DNA of 64,000 bases. Origin: Octopus bimaculoides (Eukaryota). The position numbers and the translations under genes were made by a program. The notes beneath the pieces are model-generated. The model saw only the letters and a program-made list of their open reading frames with translations, ran no database searches and was not told the origin of the DNA. The stretch is taken from positions 41,848,106 to 41,912,105 of the forward strand of contig NC_068988.1 in assembly GCF_001194135.2 (NCBI RefSeq), read 5' to 3'. This document shows positions 11,406-26,399 of this stretch, in pieces (within the stretch, counting starts at the first letter, position 1; the number at the start of each line of letters is the position of its first letter).

Positions 11406-14091
11406 ACTTTTTCATTTTTCCCGAGCGTCAAACTAACACGCTTGTTGTTCATACACCTGTCTTCGTCTTTTGTTTTTCTATAAATTTCAACTATATAGAT
11501 TCATACATACATATGTGTGCGCGCGTATATGCATCATATATATGTGTGCGTATGTATGCATACACACACCAGTTGTTATGATATATATATATATGTTTTC
11601 GTGTGTATGTATTATACATATATGAATGTATCTTATATCTATACATACACATATGCGTGTTCGAATATATGCGTAGGTTTGTATGCCTGTCTACATATGT
11701 GTGCATGTGAGTGTGTGTGAGGAAGCGAGAGGGGGAAAGAGAGAAAGTGAGAAAGTATGTGTGTGTTCGCGTGCGTGTGCGTGTGTGTTCACGTGCGTGT
11801 GCGTAGCGTTTGCGTGTGTGTGTGCGTGTGTCCCAGTATTAGTATTGTTTGAAAGTCTTTGCTTGAGTGAGTGAATTTGCGTATCTTCCCATGCATACAC
11901 TACTTTTATATTCTCTGTGATATGACATTGAACTACTAATCTTAAAGGAACTGATCTAATGAGAGGTGGAAATCGTTAGGAAAATCCGATTGTCTTCAAC
12001 GAGCCTTATAACTGTTCGCAGCATCATCAAAGCATTCATAACACAGCTAGTGGATTAGAAAAATAGTTCTTAGTAAAACGTGACGGTATAAAAATAAAGC
12101 AAATTAAACCATAACTTGCTGAGATAAGTTTAAAAACATGAAGCCAGTAAGTTGTCTGGTAACCTTCAAGAAACAACAACGTCATATCCGTCAAACTGCA
12201 CCCAGCCATCTTAGAAAAAGGGGTCATATTATACTGTTACCCTAGTACAAAGCAGCAATACAACTAATTATACTGTATAAAATCTGTATTATATACATGC
12301 TATGAGACAAGTGAGTTTCTTAGTTGTCGCTTGATCTGCTAAAAGTCGAAGCTAAATGATAATGAAGTCCCAAGTCTTACCATTACTTTGTGCCTGGGCA
12401 AGGTATACGCGGGTATCAAATCAAACTCCTTGAAATGAAAGAGTGCAACGTTAAAAATGAAGAACACATTAGGTAATGTAATCCTACCATATACGAAATA
12501 GCCATAGCAGGAACGCCTTTGCTTTAGTCTTAGATTGGTTGGATATCTGTGGTGACCTCGTCTAAAAGACGAAGACAGAGAGAGAACTTGCTGTTTTACA
12601 GGGAGCGAAGATTCGATGCAAGCGTTAATTGAGACATGTGCAGCGAACAAACTGCCTAAGTGTAGCAATATGATACCATTGTGTATGTGTGTGTGTGTGT
12701 GAGAGAGAGAGAGAAAGCGGTAGTGAGAGAGAGAGAAAGATGTAGTGAAAGAGAGAGAAAGCGGAGTAAAGGAGGAGATTTAATGTTTCTGTTGTAATAT
12801 CATAAATTACATAATCTTTACATATGTTTCACTAGTGAATATCAGTGTTTTGCAATAATCATTAGATTCATGACTGCAAAGCCACCTTGAAACGATAGAT
12901 CTTCAAACGAAAATAGTAATTTAATCCATTGTTATTTACCAACTCGGCTGGTAAGCAGTACTAAAGAGGTACTACCAACTGATAATCTTTAACGTTGAAA
13001 CTCGAATGAGATAAATTATAAATAATGGCGTTTAGAATATTAACCTAAGAAACCCTCTAACGGAAAAAGTCGAAGATTCCCCCGGGGTTAATTAAGCCAA
13101 AATTCTACTCACTATAATTTTATTTTCTTCCAGTTCCACTGTGAAAATTAATTCATAATATTTTACAGATATTATAGAATAGTCGTAAACAATTATTAAA
13201 ATACTAAAGCTGTCCCGTCCACATTTGTTAATTTCTAAGCATTGTCCATAATGAAGTATCAAAAATATTGTGGCATTTCTGCGTTGTGGTTACTGGCATA
13301 ATTTCACTACTGCGTGAAGACATGTTTCGGAACTTCGTAGCTGACACTATTATTATGAAAGAGACGAAGTAATTCATAACCGTTTTTTGTGATATCTTTA
13401 ATTGTTAAAATCACTCTCCCACAATATTGTTTTAATTTCAACACACAGAAACAGAAAACATACTTGCTGCACACATAAAAGTTCCAATGTGTGTGTGTGT
13501 ATGTGTGTTTGTGTATATATGCGTTTGTTTGTGTATGTGCCTGTGTGTGTTTTTGTGTGTGTATGTGTACGTGCATGTGTCTGTCTGTGCGCGCGAAAGA
13601 GAGTGTGTGTGTGTGTATGTCTGAGAACTATATCTTTGTCTTTGACTTGATGATAATGACTATTACGATGTTTGTGGATATTTATGGTGATGATGATGAG
13701 GTGGATGGTACAGATGTTAACCGATGCAATATTAGCTAAGTTATTTAGGGTCACGTGAGTGTAAAAGCATCCTGTTCTCCCCGCAGTTTTCACAGGTTTT
13801 CCTATCAAAACATGATAAATTACTGTCTGTTGTCTAGACAACTGCAAGTGAGAGAACAACAACATTTAGATAACTTGAAGCGGTTTGATAGAGGGATTAA
13901 ATCAATGCATCGATCTATCGATACAGAACTGGTGCATTATTGATTGTTTTACTTAGATCATGTGCATGTTTACAGTTGTTTTCGAACGTATTAAAACTCA
14001 AAGCTCTAACACACACAGGCACACACACATACACATACACACTCACACCCAGACACCGATACACAGATACACACATATACACACATGTATA

Positions 14092-14180
<89 letters not shown>

Positions 14181-14980
14181 GCAGACAGACAGACAGACAG
14201 GCAGGCAGGCAGGCAGACAGAGAGTCAGACATATATGCATATGTATATATATNNNNNNNNNNNNNNNNNNNNNNNNNNNNNNNNNNNNNNNNNNNNNNNN
14301 NNNNNNNNNNNNNNNNNNNNNNNNNNNNNNNNNNNNNNNNNNNNNNNNNNNNNNNNNNNNNNNNNNNNNNNNNNNNNNNNNNNNNNNNNNNNNNNNNNNN
14401 NNNNNNNNNNNNNNNNNNNNNNNNNNNNNNNNNNNNNNNNNNNNNNNNNNNNNNNNNNNNNNNNNNNNNNNNNNNNNNNNNNNNNNNNNNNNNNNNNNNN
14501 NNNNNNNNNNNNNNNNNNNNNNNNNNNNNNNNNNNNNNNNNNNNNNNNNNNNNNNNNNNNNNNNNNNNNNNNNNNNNNNNNNNNNNNNNNNNNNNNNNNN
14601 NNNNNNNNNNNNNNNNNNNNNNNNNNNNNNNNNNNNNNNNNNNNNNNNNNNNNNNNNNNNNNNNNNNNNNNNNNNNNNNNNNNNNNNNNNNNNNNNNNNN
14701 NNNNNNNNNNNNNNNNNNNNNNNNNNNNNNNNNNNNNNNNNNNNNNNNNNNNNNNNNNNNNNNNNNNNNNNNNNNNNNNNNNNNNNNNNNNNNNNNNNNN
14801 NNNNNNNNNNNNNNNNNNNNNNNNNNNNNNNNNNNNNNNNNNNNNNNNNNNNNNNNNNNNNNNNNNNNNNNNNNNNNNNNNNNNNNNNNNNNNNNNNNNN
14901 NNNNNNNNNNNNNNNNNNNNNNNNNNNNNNNNNNNNNNNNNNNNNNNNNNNNNNNNNNNNNNNNNNNNNNNNNNNNNNNN

Positions 14981-15016
<36 letters not shown>

Positions 15017-15950
15017 TTGTGTGTTGGTGAGCGGACACAGTGGCTAAAACTAATCATAGAAAATATATGTTCGTTAATTAAATTTCGGATTTTCACAATT
15101 TATATTTCTGTTTCTGGTTTTGTAATTGCACAAGTATTTTCATATTTTTAAAATCAAGCTTAAAGATGAATGTTTATATATAAATTTGTATCTTGGTAAA
15201 TGTTCACAAAGTTGTATATTTAGGCGAATATTTAAATTATATATTTACATTAGCCTGTATCTAACAATAATGACAGCGACTAAATGCGATTGTTGAATAT
15301 TTAAAAGGGGATAACATTCACGGTATCGCTTATATGATTTTTCTGGTAAGCGTTAATTTTCAAATCTGACCTAATTTAAATCAAGCACGTCCAACCGATC
15401 ATTGTTACATCAAGCTATTCAACAGGAGCAATACAAAAGTTAGTTACAGCTGTTAAAAAAAAGCAATAAAAAAACACCTTCCCAGGTCATAAACTCTCGT
15501 TTGCAATGTCCGCCTATTTTAATCGCCTGACAATTTGGTTGGCTATATATTATTACACACATATAGGCGCACAAAACACACATATAGGCGCACAAAACAC
15601 ACACAAAACACACACACACACACACGAACACACATATACACACAAACACCACACGTACACATACATACGCATATACGTATATATAAAACACACACACAAA
15701 TATGTATTCATGTATGCTTATACATATATACATGTCTATGTGTGTTTGGGTGGGGTCTATCGAAACTGACGTTCATTAGCTGTAAGCAACTTTCTGACAT
15801 ACATATATGAGACTTTTTACCGTTTTATTACGACTATAGTAATTCGTGCACTACCTAAATTGTTAGACAAAATGTCTCGTGATAGAAATAACTGGCTTGG
15901 AATAATGGTCAATTATGTGTGCGTGATATATATATGAATANNNNNNNNNN

Positions 15951-15955
15951 ATATA

Positions 15956-15991
<36 letters not shown>

Positions 15992-16017
15992 TGTATATGA
16001 CAGACAGAAAGGCAGGC

Positions 16018-16085
<68 letters not shown>

Positions 16086-16111
16086 GGATAGATGGATAGA
16101 TNNNNNNNNNN

Positions 16112-16199
<88 letters not shown>

Positions 16200-16200
16200 G
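15951..16200. repeat. (TATG)n and (TAGA)n tetranucleotide arrays
   Basis: Seen directly. Confidence 0.97.
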
Positions 16201-16907
16201 TATTAGTGTTTACATATGCATATATATTTGTATATGTTTATGTAGATATTTACATCACGCACATGTACACATACAAACGTGCGTGCGTACACACACATAA
16301 TATATACCATGTGTGTGTGTGTCTGTGTGTGTGTGTGTGTTTGTGTGTGTGAGTTGGGGGTAAGATTTATATAACACGTACACGCGTGAATGGAAATACA
16401 TATGGATAATTGGTTTATTTATTTACTGAATTCAAATGATTGAAAAAAAAATTAAGGAAAATATATCAAATATCCTTTCAATACAACATTTTTTTAAAAT
16501 AGTGGGTATCTAGTAATGATGTCGGTGTTGATGGTGATGTTGTAACACATAAATGATTCCTCTTTGTCCGTGTTTTTATAATTCTATTTATCATGTTTTC
16601 TTTGCAGTTTTACTTAAGTACAATGACCTAAATATATAGACAACGATATTACTAGTGAGGCAGATGTGCGGACATATAGTCATCTAGTCGGCCAGACGAT
16701 TAAAATGGACAGACATTACAAACAAGAGTTTGTTTATAATTTGTGTGGTGCGTTATTAAGGGATGTGGTATGTGCAGCTGTAACTAGCTTTTCTATTGCT
16801 ACTATTGAATAGATTATGGTAACTATGGTCGGTTGGGGAGTGTTTAAGGATTAGTATAAGGTAGGTTTTTCTGTATTTATCGATATGTCTAAACATATAG
16901 ACAGATG

Positions 16908-16979
<72 letters not shown>

Positions 16980-17394
16980 TGCACACATTGACCTGTATTT
17001 GTGTGTGCGTATGCGTAAAGAATAACACAGATCATTGATTTTCTATTTCGCATCAGTTTTGGAAATTATAGAAATCGAAAATATTAAACAATAATAGGAA
17101 ATATTAAACAAATTGTGCTACACCTGTAGAACGATTTTCATTTATTAGTTAAACTGTTCTCCTTCTTCGTAGTTATGTTTGTTTAGTCAGCCTGCTCTGC
17201 TTCAGCAGATATACGAGGTCATAGAAGAAAGTTCGATTAATCTTTGCAGTTTTGATAATGCTATGCTATGTTTTATTTTTGATGTGAAGAATTTTGTCGT
17301 AACTATCTAAGGACATAAGCATGAAACGACTTCTGCTTAAACATTAACGAAATCTACCAATAAAAGTTCTTACAGTTTCTTTTTGAATAAGGTG

Positions 17395-17720
17395 TGGGCA
17401 TGATGGTGGTATGGTTAAAAAACTCACTTTTCAGTCATGTGATTTCGGGTTCAGCTCCACTACGTGGCACCTTGAACTGACCAATGTCGTGTGACTGAAT
17501 TTGTTAGAGGGAAGTTTTCCGTGTGTGTGCGCGCGCGCCTTTGTGTTTATAAGCTCACTGCTTGATAAACAGTGAATTTTTTTTCATGTCTCAGTAACAT
17601 TAACGGTTCCGCAAAAGAGACCGATAGAATACTGCACTTTAAAATTTGGTGTTAGATTTATTCGACTAAACCATTCAAATAAGTGCGCTATCATGGCTGC
17701 AGTACAATGAGTGAAGCAAG
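17395..17720 (+). mobile_element. SINE family A copy (diverged)
   Basis: Head GGTGGTATGGTTAAAAAACTCAC..GATTTCGGGTTCAGCTCCACTACGTGGCACC; 3' part ..GCAAAAGAGACCGATAGAAT..ATGGCTGCAGT. Confidence 0.7.
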
Positions 17721-19376
17721 AACATTTTAAATGCAAAAATGTAGCTGATTAGAGTTTCGACGGTGGCTCATGTAGTGCCTAGTCCTAAATCTAATACAAT
17801 ATTTATACGGGAACAAGATCAATTCAACATTGAGCAGGAAATTAGAATTCTCGGAAATTCTCCAGAGAATACTGAGATAATACAGATTTATAGGCATGTT
17901 AATTAATGAGGGATTCAATGAAAGAGTATCGAACAGCTAAGTAGGTCTTTGGATTCAATAACGCCACGGTAAAAGTGTTGTGCCTGGAGCCAAACATTGA
18001 ACTTTCAGCAGCTTTGTTAGTGTGGGAAAATAAAATATATATAATCTATGTGAATAGTGGTTGTATTTATCTATCTTTCTCTTCCGAAGATATCAGCTGT
18101 GATTAGACCTAGAGTACATTTAAATTATTATGTATAGACGCCGACATAATGTTCTGCCAATACAGTTATTTTTCTCTGTCTCTGTGCGTGCGAGTGCGCA
18201 TGTGTTGTTACCGATACTTACAGTAATGGTCTGTCTAAATTTTGGTCTGTCAAGTATTCATGGATTTTCCATATATTGGGGCATTTTAAACGCTAATCGC
18301 CTTGACCCTTGGCTCGGTGCATGAAGGATGTTATACAAAATGTGTTATCGTATATGTATCATCTCAGCCACTGTCGCTTTCATTGTAAGTGTGCAGAATA
18401 GAGTATAATACATTTAATTTACACGATACCCATTATGTAACCATGCTATACAAAATGTACGGAAAGTATATTGAATATTCTTTTCGAATATTAAGGTAGC
18501 CGTTAAATGGAAGCAGGTATTTAGCTTTTAGTACGTGCATATATATATATATATATACATTNNNNNNNNNNNNNNNNNNNNNNNNNNNNNNNNNNNNNNN
18601 NNNNNNNNNNNNNNNNNNNNNNNNNNNNNNNNNNNNNNNNNNNNNNNNNNNNNNNNNNNNNNNNNNNNNNNNNNNNNNNNNNNNNNNNNNNNNNNNNNNN
18701 NNNNNNNNNNNNNNNNNNNNNNNNNNNNNNNNNNNNNNNNNNNNNNNNNNNNNNNNNNNNNNNNNNNNNNNNNNNNNNNNNNNNNNNNNNNNNNNNNNNT
18801 ATATATATATATATATATGTATACACGTACTTACATATATACAAATAGACATAAACTTGTGTAAATACATATGCTCATATATATATATATATCGTTAAGC
18901 TTTACATAGTCAGTATGTGTGTTTCAATATAATTGGATGCTTTGTGACATTATTTGTGCCTTTGAGGCCATCCTTGTCACCTAAGTTTCGTGATAAACCG
19001 ACTATGTTTGTTGTGACTTCAAACATAGTGCGTTTGAACAGTCGAGTATTGTAGCCATTTATTCATTACCCGATCAAAGCTGCGAAATGAATCAATATCT
19101 AGATTATTCTTGGTAGCGGTGGTAGTGGTGGTGGTGGTGGTAGTAGTAGTAGTAGTTGTAGTAGTATTGAATTGGTTGTTTTGTTGTACTTGTTGTTGGT
19201 GGCGTTGCAGTTGCAGTTGCAGTTGCAGTTATCATTGTGGTAGTCTTTGTTTGTTGCAGTTGCATACGATCTTCCTAAACATACAACAGAAATTTACTTT
19301 GATAAGCATATATACATATATGCGCATATGTATGAGCGTCTGGATGTGAGCATATATATTCACATAAATAATCTTC

Positions 19377-19409
<33 letters not shown>

Positions 19410-20049
19410 TATATNNNNNNNNNNNNNNNNNNNNNNNNNNNNNNNNNNNNNNNNNNNNNNNNNNNNNNNNNNNNNNNNNNNNNNNNNNNNNNNNNNNNNN
19501 NNNNNNNNNNNNNNNNNNNNNNNNNNNNNNNNNNNNNNNNNNNNNNNNNNNNNNNNNNNNNNNNNNNNNNNNNNNNNNNNNNNNNNNNNNNNNNNNNNNN
19601 NNNNNNNNNNNNNNNNNNNNNNNNNNNNNNNNNNNNNNNNNNNNNNNNNNNNNNNNNNNNNNNNNNNNNNNNNNNNNNNNNNNNNNNNNNNNNNNNNNNN
19701 NNNNNNNNNNNNNNNNNNNNNNNNNNNNNNNNNNNNNNNNNNNNNNNNNNNNNNNNNNNNNNNNNNNNNNNNNNNNNNNNNNNNNNNNNNNNNNNNNNNN
19801 NNNNNNNNNNNNNNNNNNNNNNNNNNNNNNNNNNNNNNNNNNNNNNNNNNNNNNNNNNNNNNNNNNNNNNNNNNNNNNNNNNNNNNNNNNNNNNNNNNNN
19901 NNNNNNNNNNNNNNNNNNNNNNNNNNNNNNNNNNNNNNNNNNNNNNNNNNNNNNNNNNNNNNNNNNNNNNNNNNNNNNNNNNNNNNNNNNNNNNNNNNNN
20001 NNNNNNNNNNNNNNNNNNNNNNNNNNNNNNNNNNNNNNNNNNNNNNNNN

Positions 20050-20133
<84 letters not shown>

Positions 20134-20389
20134 GATATATGTGTGCATGTATGAATGCATATGAGTATATGCATGCAAATATACACTCATCGACAAGCAT
20201 ATACATGCACATAGACTTCTAAAACAGTTTTTTCCGGAAAACTATTTTTCCCTTTCTCCGATGAAATTACAGTCCTGCAGTATCTATTGCCTCTTCTCCC
20301 CACAGCATAAAAAGTTTTCCAATTTCATAGACTACCACCTGTAGTTCTTCAGATTCTGCTCTTTTTTTTTTTCTTTTCCATAATACTTT

Positions 20390-20522
20390 TTTTATCGACC
20401 CCGGATAGATGGGAGGAAAAAGTGGAGTCTGCCAACATTTTTACTCAGAACGTAAAGTGACGTAAGTAATATCTCAAGCCACTTTGTCCTACGCTCTACC
20501 GATTACTTTAGTTCAGCGCCAT
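20390..20522 (-). mobile_element. SINE family B fragment
   Basis: TTTATCGACCCCGGA..ACTCAGAACGTAAAG.. Confidence 0.65.
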
Positions 20523-21537
20523 CTTTGTTTCTTACAAATATATATTAAGCTTGTTCTTTTAATATCCTCACAGATAAAGTATCTTTCCAATCTTTTGTGG
20601 GGTTCTGGCTTTGTTTTTATCTTTTTTGGGGGATTGTGGGTATAAAAGAATGAACATATACATATATATTTATTCTAATAATTCCTTTTATACTTCCTGT
20701 ATCTCTCCCTTGCCAAAATAACTCTACTATTTCTTTCTATTGAACCTCTCTCATAACATCTCTGATGATGGGATATCTTCTATATCCTTGTAACAGCTGT
20801 AAGACTACCTTCCTCTTTATAAATATCCTAGAAATATCACACTGCCTTGGCCTTGTTATCTTATTTTCCCTAACATTTACATATATATATATATATATAT
20901 ANNNNNNNNNNNNNNNNNNNNNNNNNNNNNNNNNNNNNNNNNNNNNNNNNNNNNNNNNNNNNNNNNNNNNNNNNNNNNNNNNNNNNNNNNNNNNNNNNNN
21001 NNNNNNNNNNNNNNNNNNNNNNNNNNNNNNNNNNNNNNNNNNNNNNNNNNNNNNNNNNNNNNNNNNNNNNNNNNNNNNNNNNNNNNNNNNNNNNNNNNNN
21101 NNNNNNNNNNNNNNNNNNNNNNNNNNNNNNNNNNNNNNNNNNNNNNNNNNNNNNNNNNNNNNNNNNNNNNNNNNNNNNNNNNNNNNNNNNNNNNNNNNNN
21201 NNNNNNNNNNNNNNNNNNNNNNNNNNNNNNNNNNNNNNNNNNNNNNNNNNNNNNNNNNNNNNNNNNNNNNNNNNNNNNNNNNNNNNNNNNNNNNNNNNNN
21301 NNNNNNNNNNNNNNNNNNNNNNNNNNNNNNNNNNNNNNNNNNNNNNNNNNNNNNNNNNNNNNNNNNNNNNNNNNNNNNNNNNNNNNNNNNNNNNNNNNNN
21401 NNNNNNNNNNNNNNNNNNNNNNNNNNNNNNNNNNNNNNNNNNNNNNNNNNNNNNNNNNNNNNNNNNNNNNNNNNNNNNNNNNNNNNNNNNNNNNNNNNNN
21501 NNNNNNNNNNNNNNNNNNNNNNNNNNNNNNNNNNNNN

Positions 21538-21585
<48 letters not shown>

Positions 21586-21779
21586 TGTTTGGAAAAATAT
21601 TGATTATAAGGATACATACAGGATAAACACATTTTGAAAAGATGCCTGCATGTTTTTCCAGCCTTCAACACAAAACAATGATTCAGCTAATGAGATTTAT
21701 TATATAGATATTGGTGTTATACATAATAAAGGAAGCTGTCTATAATTAGTATAACATCATTATGCTAATGTAGGTGGAG

Positions 21780-22880
21780 ACATATGGCTTTGTGGTTAGA
21801 GTGTTGTACTCATGATCGTGATATTGTAGTTTCGATTCCCGAACTGGACAATGCCTCGCCCTCTCGAGCAAGACGCTTTATTTCACGTCGCTCCCGTTCA
21901 CTTAGCTGGCAGAAATGAATAAATTTATGACAGGCTGGCGTCCCGTCCAGGAAAGAATATATAAATCACGGAATCCGGAAACGAACTTTGATCCCTTTGT
22001 TGATATTAAAGCTGTCTTTGATGACTATAATGTTCTATTGGTTTCAAATTTTGGCACAAAACCAGCAAGTTCGGAAGAGGGGATAAGTCATTTCCATCGA
22101 CCGCAGCTCCTGACTTCTACTTATTTTATCGACCCCGAAACGATGAAACACAAAGTCAATCACAGCGAAATGTGGTTTACTATATATTCATTTCATGATT
22201 GCCCGCAGGGGGCTAAACATAGAGGGGACAGCCAAGGACAGACAAAGAGATTAAGTCGATTACAGCGACTCCAATGCGTAACTGGTACTTATTTAATCGA
22301 CCCCGATGAAAGGCAAAGTCGACCTCGGTGGAATTTGAACTCAAAACGTAACGGCAGACGAAATACCACTAATCAATTCGCCCAGCGCTCTAACGATTCT
22401 GCCAGCTTGCCGCCCTTGGTTTACTATATATTGCTATCATAAAGGTATATGTTGTCATTATAATGTGGTTTACTCTATCGATTTTAATGTTATAGATAAT
22501 TATTTATAGGTTAGGTACAAGCCACGTTATGATGGAGAGTTTAGCCGTTAACATTGACCCAGTGCTTGACTGACACTTTATGTTATTGAACACAGAGGGA
22601 TGAAATGTAAAGTTGAACTGCACAGGATTTGAACTCAGAAAGTAAAGTCCCAGAAGAATTAATGCATGGCATGTTATCCGACGCACTAATGATCCCGTAA
22701 GCCCACTTCTCTGAGTGAAGAGCTAGGCATTATATCTAGAGTAGCGTCGAGGTCGTCTTTGTCTTTCATCATTTTGGGGTCGATAAAATTAGTACCAGTT
22801 GAACATTGAGATCGCTTTCATTGACTTACACCCTCCCCTAAAATAGCTGGACTTATGCCAACATTTTAAATCGTTATATT
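21780..22880. mobile_element. SINE cluster: family C (+, 21780-21930) and family B copies (22040-22175 -, 22209-22417 -, 22525-22710 -, 22735-22875 +)
   Basis: Recurrent family core motifs; this accounts for the 175-aa ORF at 21915. Confidence 0.8.
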
Positions 22881-23040
22881 ATTCTTGTAATTTGACTTCA
22901 TGTGTGTGTATGTGTGTACGTGTGAGTGTGGTGGGTGGATATATGTGTGCGTTCACGTGTGTACATGTGTGCTCTCATACACACACACATATATATATAT
23001 ACATTTATATATATATATATATATATATACATATATGTTA

Positions 23041-23075
<35 letters not shown>

Positions 23076-23082
23076 CATATAT

Positions 23083-23116
<34 letters not shown>

Positions 23117-24099
23117 AAATATATATATATACATATATATANNNNNNNNNNNNNNNNNNNNNNNNNNNNNNNNNNNNNNNNNNNNNNNNNNNNNNNNNNN
23201 NNNNNNNNNNNNNNNNNNNNNNNNNNNNNNNNNNNNNNNNNNNNNNNNNNNNNNNNNNNNNNNNNNNNNNNNNNNNNNNNNNNNNNNNNNNNNNNNNNNN
23301 NNNNNNNNNNNNNNNNNNNNNNNNNNNNNNNNNNNNNNNNNNNNNNNNNNNNNNNNNNNNNNNNNNNNNNNNNNNNNNNNNNNNNNNNNNNNNNNNNNNN
23401 NNNNNNNNNNNNNNNNNNNNNNNNNNNNNNNNNNNNNNNNNNNNNNNNNNNNNNNNNNNNNNNNNNNNNNNNNNNNNNNNNNNNNNNNNNNNNNNNNNNN
23501 NNNNNNNNNNNNNNNNNNNNNNNNNNNNNNNNNNNNNNNNNNNNNNNNNNNNNNNNNNNNNNNNNNNNNNNNNNNNNNNNNNNNNNNNNNNNNNNNNNNN
23601 NNNNNNNNNNNNNNNNNNNNNNNNNNNNNNNNNNNNNNNNNNNNNNNNNNNNNNNNNNNNNNNNNNNNNNNNNNNNNNNNNNNNNNNNNNNNNNNNNNNN
23701 NNNNNNNNNNNNNNAGTATAAAAATAGTAGAGACCTGGGAGGGGGAGTAAGGTTGTGTGTACTAGATTTGTGAAGTAAGAATATAACAATATATTGTTAT
23801 ATTGTTATACCTCTAAAGAGATTCGACTTCCAAATAATTTTTAATTTACTTAATTCATTTTCTGAAGGTCTGGAATTGAAAGAGCTGTAAAGGATGTTTG
23901 TCAATTTTTTAATTAATAAATAATAATTTATTAATCACCTCTCTATTTTTTTTCTCTTCTTATTATAATAAATAAAATATATATAAACCACGGTTTATAT
24001 AGTGACCTTACAGTTGGGTATTAAATGTAATGTTCAATATTCTTCATATAGGTAACTAACCCGTACTTTCATAGCATTTTGCTGTCCTTGGGTGAGGTT

Positions 24100-24480
24100 T
24101 ATAACTTTTATATATATATATATATCCTTTTCACAGGTTGCATCATTAGAAATGGCGCACTCTATGAATGTGACGTGACATTTGTGACTGTGTTGAGTAG
24201 ATGTCCTTCGATGTTGATTCGCTAAGATCAGTATGTGTGATATGGTGGTTCTGGAATAACATTCCAGTTTTCTCCAGACTGATGGTGTGGCCAAAAGTCG
24301 TGGCAAAGCTGATCATAACAGTTGGGAGGGTCACCTCTGTGTGCACAAAAAAGGGCGTAGTCATCTGTAAACGCAGATAAAGCATGAGCTCCTCCAGACT
24401 TTTCATGCGAGTAAGGAGTCGGGGAAGCTTGAATAAGATTCCCAAATGGAGCAGAAACGTTTGATAGATAATAAAGCATG
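24100..24480 (-). mobile_element. RTE-clade (BovB-like) LINE RT relic
   Basis: Across frameshifts: GILFKLPRLLTRMKSLEELML..FTDDYALF..HTEVTLP..FGHTISLEKTGMLFQ..AISNDATCEKDI, matching RTE GNLFNLRRL..LFADDxAL.AH..FGLTISLKKTEV.FQ..ISND..DKEI. Confidence 0.7.
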
Positions 24481-24589
24481 TATATTTTACTATAGTATGG
24501 TCTACTATTTTACTGCTATATATTGGCAGAACAGATAAGAAAAGTATCTCATATTACGGGAACGCAGCTTACTATTAAGATATTAGTGT

Positions 24590-24625
<36 letters not shown>

Positions 24626-24750
24626 TATATATATTATAGATATCTATTTTTGCGTAACATATCTCTTTTAGCGTTATAGATAAGAAAGAATCGATTTGTT
24701 ATTACTATAAGGTGGTTTACTATCTAAATGCCGGTAGTATAGATAACTTT

Positions 24751-24811
<61 letters not shown>

Positions 24812-25687
24812 CCACCATCATCATCGTCAACGTCATCGTCATCATGATCATCCTTTTCATCATCATCTTCCTCATCATCATTATTATTATTATATGGTTT
24901 TGTATATAGATATTACTGCCAAAATTGATATTGTTATATATTCTGTAATGTGATTTACTAAGTGGATATTTGTTTTATAGATAACAAAATTACTGTGATG
25001 GAGTTAACTATGGATATGTTAGTGTGAAACATGATGCATATATCTATCTATTAGTCTAGATATATAGATATTGGTGTTATGAATAGTAAAGAGATCCATA
25101 CCATAATATATTTAATAAAAGACGGATTGACGTGCTAATGAGGTAATCTCTTACATGGTCGCTCGACCCACAAGAAAAGGCATCACATAAAGAAAATTCT
25201 GCCCTCATAGAATAAGACAGAGAAAGAAAAGTCTGAAAACGTAAAAGTCTGAAAACGTAAAAGTCTGATGATTACTAATGAAACACTTTTGATATACATG
25301 TTCGATACACGCTGACCTAACAATAAATCCGTTGGTTAGACAACGAAGAAAGATATAATCCTTTTTTAAAACGGAACGAATTAGATAATGTAGCCCGAGG
25401 AGGACGGCATTATCTCTAGAAAATGACCTGACGCTCAGAACTCTGTCTTTGAACGTAAGATAGTTTATTATACTTGACCTGGTACGTGAAGCAACAATAA
25501 ATTCCAGCCATATGCATAGATATGTGTGTTTGTGCATGTGTGTGTATTTTATATATGTGCCTTTATATCTATATATGTGAATACATATATGCATATATAT
25601 ATATATATANNNNNNNNNNNNNNNNNNNNNNNNNNNNNNNNNNNNNNNNNNNNNNNNNNNNNNNNNNNNNNNNNNNNNNNNNNNNNN

Positions 25688-26125
25688 TCCCCTCCACTTC
25701 GCACATCTTCCCAAACTGACCCCTCCCCTCCTTCAAACGAGCCCACAACCTACGAGACCTCTTGGTCCACAGCTTCTTCCCTAACCCAATCTCCCAACCC
25801 GGCTTGTGCTCCTGCTCCCGCCCACGCTGCCGCACTTGCCCTTACCTCTCCAACACCACCCTCCTCACCGGTACCCATCATCGACCCAATCACATCACCG
25901 ACCCCTTCACCTGAACTTCTACCAATGTCATCTACTGCATCTCCTGCTCTCTCTGCCCTTCTCTATACATTGGGAAACGGGACACCGCTTGGCTAACCGG
26001 TTCGCGGAACACCTCCGAGACATCCGACTCGGCAATGACACCCCGGTCTCGCGCTATTTCCGCTCTACCGGTCACTCCCCTCTTCATCTAACACCCACCC
26101 TTTTCCTCTCTCCCCCTCACATCTA
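25688..26125 (+). mobile_element. Penelope-like element, Zn-finger/GIY-YIG endonuclease fragment (Neptune/Poseidon-like)
   Basis: FKRAHNLRDLLVHS..CSRPRCRTCPYL..TSTNVIYCISCSLCPSLYIG(fs)ETGHRLANRFAEHLRDIRLGNDTPVSRYF; one stop and one frameshift; starts at an N gap. Confidence 0.85.
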
Positions 26126-26145
26126 GGATTTGTATGTGATCTTAA

Positions 26146-26351
26146 GTTGGCGGATACTGTTTCGAGAGCTCTGTCTCGCATAAGAGGGTGTTAAAAGTTA
26201 AATTCCCTCTGAAACCAGCAGTCACAAGGGTTGAATATATGACTGCCCAAATGGACAACTGTCCCGAAATTTTGACATGTTTATATGTAACTGAATTAAA
26301 CCGTCTTGCACGTAAAATCGATGTTCAAGCGCTTAAAGATCTAAATGACTA
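26146..26351 (+). CDS. Stop-free reading frame, candidate terminal exon of unknown product
   Basis: [67 protein letters not shown]; non-repetitive with protein-like composition; weak acceptor. Confidence 0.25.
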
Positions 26352-26399
26352 AGAGTGCACATAGTAGGAAATAATGTAAGTGCATACTGCATGTGGTAG

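Noticed and set aside
13755-13943. ORF ..FSYQNMINYCLLSRQLQVREQQHLDNLKRF.. with CAG acceptors and a GTGAGA donor
   Set aside because: Plausible exon, but phase 2 entry fits none of the neighbouring candidates and no family is recognised; insufficient support.
16608-16767. Exon-like segment with a strong TTTGCAG acceptor and GTATGT donor
   Set aside because: All three frames have stops near the 5' end; it could only be a UTR or first coding exon (MDRHYKQ..), with no independent support.
21915-22442. 175-aa ORF
   Set aside because: It lies entirely across SINE copies; the frame is open by chance.
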